From the NCBI GenBank assembly GCA_900088475.1, contig FLMG01001379.1, forward strand, positions 28,182-92,181: a DNA stretch of 64,000 nucleotides, written 5' to 3'. Numbering within the stretch: the stretch's first letter is position 1; each line of letters begins with the position of its first letter. Below the pieces are notes generated by a model. That model was given only the letters and a program-made list of their open reading frames with translations, was not told the origin of the DNA and made no database searches. This document shows positions 1 through 10,300 of this stretch, piece after piece. The position numbers were made by a program, and so were the translations under genes. The DNA is from Hyphochytrium catenoides. Lineage: Eukaryota; Protista; Hyphochytriomycota.

Positions 1-1
1 T

Positions 2-226
2 GCAGACATACGCTTCATTCGAAGACTGAGAAGAGATATATCCGAGCGCGGAAGGACGGTTGAAAGCGTAGTAGGGCAATATAACACAACCGTTAGGCCT
101 ATGCACTTGACATTCGTTGAGCCGTCGAAGCAGCTCGCTGACATCATTATCCCGTTTGGGCTGAACCGTATTGCTCTAGATATGGTAGTGTCACGGCTGC
201 GAGCTTACGTGGCGAACTCCTGCTAG
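2..226 (+). CDS. udk: Uridine kinase, C-terminal part (5' truncated by window edge)
   Basis: Frame from nt 2: [66 protein letters not shown]...NSC*, TAG at 224-226. Typical uridine kinase C-terminus; absent from the ORF track. Confidence 0.92.
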   Translation, partial: ADIRFIRRLRRDISERGRTVESVVGQYNTTVRPMHLTFVEPSKQLADIIIPFGLNRIALDMVVSRLRAYVANSC

Positions 227-2303
227 TTCTCTCGGTTTTATGAGGCTGATCCATGTTATGCAATTATAATAGAGCAGTTTTCTTAATGCTGAGCTTTCAG
301 ACGCACGAATCAGGCTGTCCGTATACACGCAGCAAGAGACCATGATGACTGCTAAAGGCACTTCGACAGCGTGGCCTGAAAAAGTGAAAGTTTGTCATGA
401 CCTTCTGACCCGCGGATTACTCCGATCCTAATATTTCAGCTGAAGGAGTCTCCACTGCCTGCCTACATAGAAACTCAACCTGGTACAAGGCTGTCAAAGA
501 GGTAACGGAAGGAAGCGCAGAGAAAAAAGACACAGAATCCAGCATCTCTTTTCCATATTACTGGCACATGCACAGCGTCCCTTGACATGCGCCCTAGTGG
601 TGTCGCAAAATGTCTTACGCTGCGAGGCGGACTTTCGTGAGCTTACCACTAGTCCTTCCCATGGACAATCAAGAACGAGGCCACGATAAAGATAGCCTTA
701 TTGCACATTGACGTAGATTCCACGGCCATTCCTGGTCCTAGTACCCATCCGCCTCATGGTCACCGCTTAGACTAGAGGTCTCCCTAGCTAGCTAAAGGAT
801 GTCAGGAAACAGTTGTCTTTGGCTATTCCTGTGATCCTTGTTCGAGAAAGCCCCACGATGCGATACCATTAGACATAGGACTAATTCATCAACAAAGACG
901 TCAGGAGTTCAAGAAGTCCATGGTTACAGAAGCAAGTGGCTATGTCTTCTCCCGCAAAGATATCGATCTTGTGGCAGCCTCCTAGGCCTTTATTTGCATA
1001 GATCGCGCTACTGCTGCCAGCATCCTGACACTACTTCCTGCAAATGTGACTCTCCTTCCAACATGGCACAGGGGCCCTGCCATCGAATCCTTGATGTGTC
1101 TTTAGAACCGAACTGTATCCTACAGTAGTCCCCTCCAACTCTCTCGTGTAATATAAGACTTCGTGTACTCGTAACAGATTGAACAGCCCTTCAGTCTTTT
1201 CCTGGCCTTGCTGTCTGCGTGCCTCATAGAGTCATCAGACTGTAGGAACAGCCACCGAACGGTACGAGTTACATCGACGTCGCCGCGGTGGGCACCCAAT
1301 AATGGCGTGTTTCCCAAAGTTATCTTCCCCCCTTTGTCCATACAGAGTCAGCATTGGACAGCCAGCCCGCTAGTCATATCCCAGCCAATGGGAGGCGAGA
1401 TCCAGGACAAGCAGCCAATCGGAGGGAAAAGGGTTGTACTTTGCCCTTGCCAGTTCTGGTGCCTCATCACCACGTGAAACCTTCACAGAATCATTGAAAG
1501 AAACTTACCCTTTAACACCACAGTTACAACATCAGTCCGGAAAGATTCAGCCATATCATAGCTTTCACTCTCGAGGGCGGACAGCATTGCATAAGAACGG
1601 ACCCAAACAGCCCCAACTGCCCACTGCCATGGAACCAACAAGGAGCCAACAAACTTTGTCCTCTGAAGCCCGTTATAATCCTAGACCCGCAACGAACCAG
1701 CACTTAAGGAAAGGGGATGATCGGTTATGGTTTTATAATGGCCGATAGATATCGAAGAGGTTCTTTTGTTCTATAGTCTTAGACGAACCTTAGGTAAACT
1801 TAGGTAATTTAGATAGTCCAAAGAATAAAAGCGCGGGTTACGGAAAGCTCTGATCACCCCCTCCAAAGTGTGTGAGAGGAGGGGACAGCTTCACGTCTCT
1901 ACTTTTGTATGATAGTTCTATCTCGATAATAATAAGAGCCGGACTCTACCACAAGCATGAAGAAGAGTTTCCAGAGTTCAAGAGAAAGACAGAGCTTATG
2001 AGACCCGCTGTATCTCTTCTGGCGCCGAACATCATCAGCCAGATTTCCCGACATTGCCCGCAAAGACCCCGACCCTCCTCACACTCATCGTTTGAGCTCA
2101 AGCGGCAAGGTGGGCGGAGCTCCAGGTTCCTGAGTTCGTTCATTCTGGCCATGCCATAACCTCCTTCTCCTGCGCCGTGCACCATCAGTCTCCACTCTTG
2201 GGGCATTGTGCAGACTCAGCAGCATATGAGCTGGCCAATCGTCAGTGTTTAAGCTAGGGTGAGCCACATACGGTAGGCTCAAGACTGAGAAATAACTCCC
2301 AAA

Positions 2304-3917
2304 ATGAGGCTCTACGCAACAGGCATCCTAGCCGCGGTTCTCCTTTCTTTTCCTCAGGCGGAGTGCCAGGACTTTCCTCTGCGACTATTCGGTATTGGTG
2401 ACTGGGGCAACACGCAACCGGAGACAGGAGCAGACAAAGATGCACAGCGGAGAGTGGCAGAAGCAATGGCAAAGTATGGAGCTTCGGTGCGCCCTGTCGC
2501 GGTGGCAACCCATGGGGACAACTTTTACTGGGGCGGGCTGGCAAATCCTAACCATGAGAAGTTTCAAGAGGCGTTCGAGAACGTCTACACCGGAGATTCG
2601 TTGAAAGATGTTCCATTTCTGTTGACTTTAGGAAACCATGACATAGGAGGCAATGCCTACTTATGCGGCAAGGATCCGGGAACTAGTGCACAACACGACA
2701 AGTGGCATGTACCATGCAACAGTAAGCAGGAAGCGATAGATGCAACACGCATGTATTACCAGGCATCTCAGAGCTACAGTTCTCAGAAGAAAGGCTCTGG
2801 AAGGCTTACCTTTGATGGAGCTTACTATATGCGGGCGTTTAAGGTGGGCTCGCTCAGTGTGGAAGTCTATATTGTGGATACCAATGTAGTCGATAGTGGA
2901 CATATTTGCTGCCAGAAGGACGGCTACGGACAATGTGCGGACCGCATGGGCGGTGTCCCTAGAGAAACCTTTGATGGGTGTATGGAAGTCTTACGACAAT
3001 CCTTCAGCGAGAGCATGGCAAAACTCGGGCAGGATTTGGACAAGTCAACGGCAACTTGGAAGGTTGTGAGCACCCACTACTGTCCCACAAGACATATTGG
3101 AGGGCCCGAACTCCAGAGCATTGTCAGCACGGTGAAGGACAGGGTACATGTATGGATGTGTGGGCACACCCACACAACGGTTCATGACTATATGAGCGTA
3201 CCGAAACTGCACGTTCTCATGAATGGTGCTGGAGGTGGGATTGTTCTTGATGGTCCTTCTTCTCTGGGGGAATCTGGCGAAGTCAGTACGGTCTGGGCCC
3301 CTCCTCGATCAGCCTATGCGTTCACGGATCTTCAGATGTCTGCAGAGTGGATGAAGATTAGCTTCGTCACCTATGACACGACTGTTACTGGGGGAAAAGA
3401 GGTAATGGCGTGCAGGGCCATTCCGGTCAAACCAGGACCAGCAGTGGAATGCGACACCCTGCCGTCCCAAGCCCCCGCGGTCGAGCAGCCCCCCGTTGGT
3501 GACAAAGCTGCTAATCAGTCCTCAGAGGGCAGTGCCCAAGAGCCAGGCGGCACTCAAGGCGACTCTTCGCCTACGGCTTTGCTCTTGCCTACCACGACTT
3601 CTTCCTCAGTTGACAACGTAGTACAGCAGGGGAGTATCATTGGTAGTGACTCTGGTGATCCCACTGCTGTCAATGAGGCAGCCGCGTCGGGAGCGAGTCG
3701 GAACAGCACTACCGTGATGCTCTCAGTGGTAATGTCCTTAGCAGGTGTGGGAGCAATTGTGGTAGGCGCCGCGATGTGGTATAGACGACGACGGAACACT
3801 AGGTGGAGAGCTAGCGAGCTGCAAGAATCTATGGTCTACGATCCTAGGAGCAGAACGCCTAGAGAATCTTCAGTAGTGTTTGACTCGCGAAGAGGCACCA
3901 CTCTACTGCGACTATAG
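2304..3917 (+). CDS. Purple acid phosphatase (TRAP/ACP5-like metallophosphoesterase) with signal peptide, Ser/Thr-rich stalk and C-terminal TM helix
   Basis: Intronless 537 aa ORF with all five PAP motifs (GDWG, GDNFY, GNHD, VSTH, GHTH), an N-terminal hydrophobic signal, and TM VMLSVVMSLAGVGAIVVGAAMWY followed by RRRR. Confidence 0.92.
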   Translation: MRLYATGILAAVLLSFPQAECQDFPLRLFGIGDWGNTQPETGADKDAQRRVAEAMAKYGASVRPVAVATHGDNFYWGGLANPNHEKFQEAFENVYTGDSLKDVPFLLTLGNHDIGGNAYLCGKDPGTSAQHDKWHVPCNSKQEAIDATRMYYQASQSYSSQKKGSGRLTFDGAYYMRAFKVGSLSVEVYIVDTNVVDSGHICCQKDGYGQCADRMGGVPRETFDGCMEVLRQSFSESMAKLGQDLDKSTATWKVVSTHYCPTRHIGGPELQSIVSTVKDRVHVWMCGHTHTTVHDYMSVPKLHVLMNGAGGGIVLDGPSSLGESGEVSTVWAPPRSAYAFTDLQMSAEWMKISFVTYDTTVTGGKEVMACRAIPVKPGPAVECDTLPSQAPAVEQPPVGDKAANQSSEGSAQEPGGTQGDSSPTALLLPTTTSSSVDNVVQQGSIIGSDSGDPTAVNEAAASGASRNSTTVMLSVVMSLAGVGAIVVGAAMWYRRRRNTRWRASELQESMVYDPRSRTPRESSVVFDSRRGTTLLRL

Positions 3918-5249
3918 AAGCGACGATAGTAACGGTCGCTAGTTGACTCGTGTGTTAACAATTCGTATTTATTGGGGCTCGCCCTGTGATATGCTCGTTC
4001 ATCTTGACTAGTCGCGTGCTGTTCGTGGCTCTTGCGTTAACTATCGATAATTGGGAAAAGTATTAGTTCATCAACTCATGTGGCCAGCCGTTCTTTCTTT
4101 TCTTTCCCTAGGACAGGAGCTCTTGACCCCGAAGCTGTACCCACAGCCACTGACGTTTAGCGCAGAGAGCGCCACTTTGCCTAGTGACAGTGTCCTCAGT
4201 AGTGCAATCATTGGATAGAGTAGGCCTTAGAGGTTGTCATGGGTCCCTAATTACACCTTTTCCGTCGCCAGATGACAGGTGAATCGGTCTTTCCCTCTCT
4301 CTTCAGACACTCACCCAAGATGACCCTTTACTGATTAGTTCTATGCCGAAAGTCTGCTAGCTAGCTGCAAGCCTCAACAATGCATGACCGAGCGAAGCCT
4401 GTTGGGTCCTCTACTACTGGAACTTCCTAGCAAAGTCTCATGATGCTGCAGGATATCTATAGGAGAGCAGGGTGGAACGGGGTTGGGGGAGGAAGGGGAA
4501 AGGAAAATCTTTCCCCTCGGTCAAGCAAAGTCTGATGGGGAGCTGATTTTCCCTGATACCCCAGTTTGGCATATATGTCAAAATCGGGCTCTTTGATCTC
4601 TATGTTTCTGAACCCATCATCCTATCGAAAGGGTGTCTTGGGAAATAAATGTCACATTCGACTTTGTTCCTTTGACGACCTGACGATCTTATTCCACCAC
4701 TCTTTCCCCCATCTCTCTCGGACTCTTCCTCACCTTTGGCCCGTCCTTTCCTCTGCTTCTAGGATACGTCTTCTGCCTCTGTCTCTCTGCTCATGTCATC
4801 GTCTCCTGTCATCATCGAAACCCAATCAGCATCCCAGACCAGCCTCGCTCCTCCCTCCTCCCACCACTGAGCAGGCGTCTCCCTCGCTCTCTCCTCCTCT
4901 CTGTTCTATGAGGATCGAAAAGCTTCTTCACTCTTCCTCTTAGCGCGTCGTGCAGGGTGACGTGTTCAAGCCCCCGCTCTCCAAACTCCTTCCTCCTCAG
5001 CAGCTGCCGTTATAACAGCGCAATACCTTGATCTGCTGGTCATTCTAGGGTACATACCGGCGCTGGATTGACCAGATAGTCTCTCTTTGACCCAAGTCAT
5101 CAGCCCTGATAGGATCACATCGTTTCCTTCGTTTTGACGAGATCTGGTCGTCCAGACCTCATTTGTGAATTTGACTCTTAGTCTTCAAGACCGATACAGA
5201 CGCCAACGCATCTACTTACCGATCTTCGCCGCTCAATAGGACAAGGAGC

Positions 5250-6395
5250 ATGGTAGAGACAAGGCATAACCCAGTAGCTCCGGAGCTTGGATCTCTCCGG
5301 ACGGTGGACATGTTCACTGCCATACAGATTAGGGGCTTGACCATCCGGAACCGGATCATGTTGAGCCCAATGTGCATGTACCATTGTGAAAACAAGGACG
5401 GAGTTGCATCTGACTTCCACGTCATGCACTACGGAACAAGGGCGCTGGGAGGGACTGGCATTGTATGCGTAGAGGCAACCGCAGTGGAACCAAAGGGCCG
5501 AATTTCTCCTCAAGATCTAGGGATTTGGGGTGACGAGCATGTAGAGCCTCTTAAGCGGGTCACTAGCATTATCAAGGAGAATGGCGCTGTCCCAGCCATT
5601 CAGCTAGCTCATGCAGGAAGAAAAGCAGCAACTTATAGGCCCTGGGGCGTAGGTACTAAGAGAGGGGCTATTCCTGAGGACGAGAGCTGGGAACTTGATG
5701 CTCCAAGTTCTATCGCATGGGGCACGCACTATCCTACCCCTCGTGAGCTAACTGTGGACGAGATCAAGGAGAAGGTCAATCTCTTCAAGCAAGCTGCAGA
5801 GAGAGCCCTAGCCGCCGGGTTCCAGATTATTGAGATTCATGGGGCCCACGGCTATCTCATCCACGAGTTCCTTTCGCCTGTCACCAACAAGCGGACGGAC
5901 AGCTATGGCGGGAGCTTCGAGAATCGTATAAGCTTTCTCTTGGAAGTCGTGGATGCCGTTAGGAGTGTATGGCCCGAAGATCTTCCTGTGTTCCTCCGTA
6001 TTTCAGCTGATGATTGGCATGAGAGTGGCTGGACGCCAGAAGACTCTGCTCGTCTAGCCCAAGTGGTAAGGGAACACGGCGTGGACCTTGTCGATTGCTC
6101 CGCAGGAGCTATCTCAAACGACGTCAAGTACCCAGCATCTCTCGGTCAGCAAGGCTATCAAATTTACCTCGCTGAGAAGGTGAAGAAGGAAGGCGGCGGT
6201 GTGCTTTCAGGCGCCGTAGGAGGCATCAAGGAGCCTGCATTTGCCGACAGCATTATAAAGGAGGGTAAAGCTGACATCGTGATTATTGGGCGGCAAATGC
6301 TTGCAGACCCATTCTGGCCTAATCATGCAGCTGTGGAGCTGAAGCAGAGAGAGCGGTTAGACTATGCCCCAGTCTACAGATGGGCGATCAAGTAA
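5250..6395 (+). CDS. NADH:flavin oxidoreductase / old yellow enzyme, YqjM(NamA)-like class
   Basis: Intronless 381 aa ORF with NRIMLSPMCMY, IQLAHAGRKA, EIHGAHGYLIHEFLSP, NKRTDSYGGSFENR and IGRQMLADPFWP. Confidence 0.95.
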   Translation: MVETRHNPVAPELGSLRTVDMFTAIQIRGLTIRNRIMLSPMCMYHCENKDGVASDFHVMHYGTRALGGTGIVCVEATAVEPKGRISPQDLGIWGDEHVEPLKRVTSIIKENGAVPAIQLAHAGRKAATYRPWGVGTKRGAIPEDESWELDAPSSIAWGTHYPTPRELTVDEIKEKVNLFKQAAERALAAGFQIIEIHGAHGYLIHEFLSPVTNKRTDSYGGSFENRISFLLEVVDAVRSVWPEDLPVFLRISADDWHESGWTPEDSARLAQVVREHGVDLVDCSAGAISNDVKYPASLGQQGYQIYLAEKVKKEGGGVLSGAVGGIKEPAFADSIIKEGKADIVIIGRQMLADPFWPNHAAVELKQRERLDYAPVYRWAIK

Positions 6396-7325
6396 GGGAG
6401 ATGGTGGGAAGGAGACAGAAGGAATATACTATTTAAAGCTTTTAACTCAACCTCTAATTAACACACATATTTGAAAGGATTGCTCTGTATGAAGTCTGTC
6501 AAATGCACCTTGTACAGAGTCGGGAGCGCCATCCATCATATCTTCAAAGGATGAGGTGCTGCATCTAGTGCCGTGAGCAGGTATCCAATGTGAAGAAGAA
6601 GCCATGACGGGAGGGGTTTGAGGGACAAACAGACTGCCGTTGGCTCCATCTACCAGGATGGGTCTCGTCCAAAGCGGCACTGCGACGACAGATCATAATC
6701 TCCAGAGATCCATCATCCATCACCTCCAACATGCATGAACTTTGGCTGAAATGTTTCCATCGTCGGGACCTAGCTGTACACAGTGAAGAGGGCTTGAAAG
6801 AATGAGATGATACTTTCTTGATGAAAGCTTCATGGCCAGTCTAACCTTCATTCACATCATCGAAAGGACACGCACGGCCACGCCATCATTAGAGACCTAG
6901 CAGGCCAGCAGATAAGGAGCGCTTCCGTACGAGAACATGCAAGCAATGTCACACCGATAGGAGAGAAGCTGAACCGCCAGTGAGAAGTCGAGAGCAGACC
7001 CGATGGATGAGAGATAGAAATAGTCAGGATGTTAAGAGCTTGATAGCTGCAGCTACACTCAGTCAACGTCAAGTAAGTCACAGCAGATACTGCTGGAAAT
7101 GGTGACTATGGCCCCAGATGACACCATTGTACTAGAGCAACACTAGACGAACAAAGGCGATGAGGCTAGGTTTGGGTCATCCTACTATCGGAGGACTAAG
7201 TTGACCTTCCGGGAGCGGGAAAGCGCCAGCCTCGCGGCCAGAGGGTCCCTACGAGGAGAGTAAAAGCCAGACCCCCAATAAAGATGACAGTAGCACAAGT
7301 TCTCCTCTTCCTACTATCGATTCAG

Positions 7326-10300
7326 ACTTATGGAAAGTTTACGGTGGCAACCCGTGCAGGTGACGATATGCTGCTTCCTTGACTGACCCGATGCAGGCCT
7401 TTAACCATAACCCGCTCATGCACCCCTGCGCCTATAACTTGACACTCCTGCTGTCTACCCTCGGTGTCTGCGACTCCCAGCTTGGTTGGAGGCTTCCGAT
7501 AACTGTACGCAAGCCTGCTTTCAATATTGTGCTTGTCCATTGGGCATAAATAAGGTGCAGAGCTTACACACAATAGCTGCTGCATGATAGCGTGTTGATG
7601 GGTTTGAATGACGCTCTTCCAGGTACCTTGTAGCGGGAATGGGAACTGTATCGAGGGTGTCTGCCAGTGCTTCGGTGGATTTGAATCGTCTGATCCTACT
7701 CAAGCAAACTGCGATGTTTGTAAGTGGAAGGAGTGTGCCAGTTCCCTCTGCCAACCTGGATCTTCAGACATCAAGTGCTACCTGATCCGCTTCTGTCCCT
7801 CCTTGCCTAAGTCTTATAAGGTTGATTGTCTTTTCCCTCCTCGCCTGTCAATCCAGTAGTCTAGTAGCTTCTCTCCTTTGATGCAGTAGCTCTCCTCAGC
7901 TAAGCCTCCCTAGACCCTGGTATGTTAAGTTAACAGCACTTTCTTAACATCTGCAGTGGTTCTTGGCATAAGCAGCTACCCGTACCTCATAGCTACCACT
8001 GCAGCAGCCATCACTCTCATCATTACCATCCCGTCCTCGCTCATGGTTTTCCTACTGCGGCGGAAGAAGTCAATCATTGAGATGAGGCCAATTCTTTCCC
8101 AGCTGATCAATGGTGGCGTGGTTCTAGGAATGAGCGCTCTTCTATATGCCCTGAATAATGAATCTTCCAACGCGGATTGTGCTGCCATCTGGGCCGTACT
8201 GGACTACTCCTTCGTCATTACGTATGGGACGCTTCTCCTCAAGGTACACCGCATCTCATTCTACGATGTGCGGGACACACTCAGGTTTGGCGCTTAGTGG
8301 CATGTCTTGTGGTTGCAGATGTTGAGTATCTCTCGGACTGTGACATCCAAGAACTCCATTGCATTGGACGACCGATGGGTTATGAAGGGCCTACTAGCCC
8401 TCCTCCTCATCAACACAGCTGTACTTGGTATTGTGTATGGTAAAATGACCCTCGTCTATCTCAGAACTCATCCCTTGATCGCCTGACTACTTCTTCCTCC
8501 TTTTCCGATATGGAAAAGGGGTTCAGGGCGTGGACACTTTCAGTGACAGTCAGACAGCGAGTCAGCTTAGCCGGGAGGAGGGAATCACTGCTATGGTAAG
8601 GAACCTTGGTCAGCGGTAACTAGATGGCTTAAGCATTCATGTCTTTGGAAATACGCCAAGAACTTTCAGTCCTGTTGCCCGACTTGGGTTGGGGCTCTAG
8701 TCTGTGCCAGTCGCCCAGTTCTATCTCTTGACAACTGAGAGTAGAACCTTGAAGTTTTATAGCACGTCTTCTCCACAATTGCCTGACTTTCTCGGACCGC
8801 CACAGGGCCCGGACCAGTCTGATGAATATTTAATCTTGCTGTGCTTCTGATTGGTACAGACATATCGCGGCTGTGTCTTGAGAGACTATGGCCTCATTCT
8901 CTCCATAATCATAACTAAGGCCCTCCTTGTCCTTGGAACTTTCATCATCAGCTTCAGGTCCAGAAGGGCCCCGGAGCCCCATGGAGGTATGCAGATTGTT
9001 ATTGGGATATTCATATTCCGGCCGTTATTGTCTCGCCTTACATTCCCCATTCTTACCTCTCTCTTCCAGCGGAGAGTCGGGCCATTCTCTTCGCCATCTT
9101 CACTTCGGGTTGCGGTTGGGGTGTGGCCGGGCTACTCCTACTTCCCAATCTTCAGGTCCCTGGCGTAAATTATCAGTATATGTGTGTCTCCATAGGCATG
9201 GCGCTTTCCTTCGTAAGTATTCACTACTAACTGGTCGTTCCCTACTTTCGGCTAGTCAATGGTTGTAACATCTCACTTTACTGCTCAATATCCTTAACAT
9301 GGTCTCATCGCCGACCATCCCTCTCTCACTGAACTGCTCTCGTGTCCAGAGTATCTGTGTTCTATCTTCGGTGGGTCCTGCAATGCGTAACCATTTCTAT
9401 AGCAGCCGCTCACGGTTTCTGGTAAGTGGCTTGTCCTCGATAACACTAAGCCTTCACCCCCAGGATCCTCATTATGCTCACCAATATCACCCCATTGCCT
9501 CTCTGTGGCTTATTGCCCACAGATTGCTCCAGTCCATTTTTTGAGCCTATCAGCTAAAGGAGACGGGCTTAATGTGCAGGACCCTGGCAGCGTTAATGAC
9601 CTGCTTATAAAGACCGACTGGTCAGGTAAGTTGAGGAACAATGTGGCCGATAGAGCGACAAAGGAACTTCATCCACACCCTCATTCGGCGGGGCAGAGCG
9701 CAGCGTGCATCCCATCTAAAGTAGGGCGAGAAAAGAAGGCTGGTTACCAGGCAGATAACAGGGAACATAAGACATTGACAGTCTTTCCTTAGACTTCAAT
9801 AAGGTGGAAAGACTACACCAGCAGTTGGAGACATTGGGCTACCCGCTCACATCGTTGCCAGAGCTTCTTCTTTTCCTCCTGTCCGGGGACATCAAGATAA
9901 ATAAAATGAGAGCCTATGCGGTGCGCTGTCTAAAGGTATTCGGCCCTTGCAGCCTTTCATCGTGTTGCCATGGCAGAAGATCCTTCGTCCTCCACTGTCT
10001 TTATCTGATCTTGGGCTCCCTCATGGTCCGTAATCAATGTCACGCTTAACTGTGTACTCTTTGTTCTCAAGCTTGCGCGATTTATCTCAGCTTTCCACTC
10101 GTGAATCTCTTCTTGGCATTCTTGGTCGCCCTGCACCGAATGATGTACTCCATGGGCCTCAGTTTGCACCTGCCTTCAGGAGCTGGACAGCACAGACCTG
10201 GAGTTCCTACTCCCACAATTGGTACAGGCTCTACGTTATGAGCCCCAGCTCAATGATCCTTCTTGTGGCCATTCTGAAACCCGGCATGCCTGCGAGGATG

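Noticed and set aside
240-2300. Short ORFs on both strands between the uridine kinase and the phosphatase
   Set aside because: No recognisable motifs and no phase-consistent exon chain; treated as intergenic or decayed DNA.
6447-6680. Minus-strand ORF ending MMDGAPDSVQGAFDRLH, superficially BLUF-like
   Set aside because: It lacks the BLUF Tyr/Gln and DxRH motifs; the resemblance is too short to support.
6891-7072. Possible extra 5' exon of the 7TM-PI3K ending CAA|GTAAGT
   Set aside because: It is phase-compatible but gives no signal peptide or homology, so it was left out of the model.
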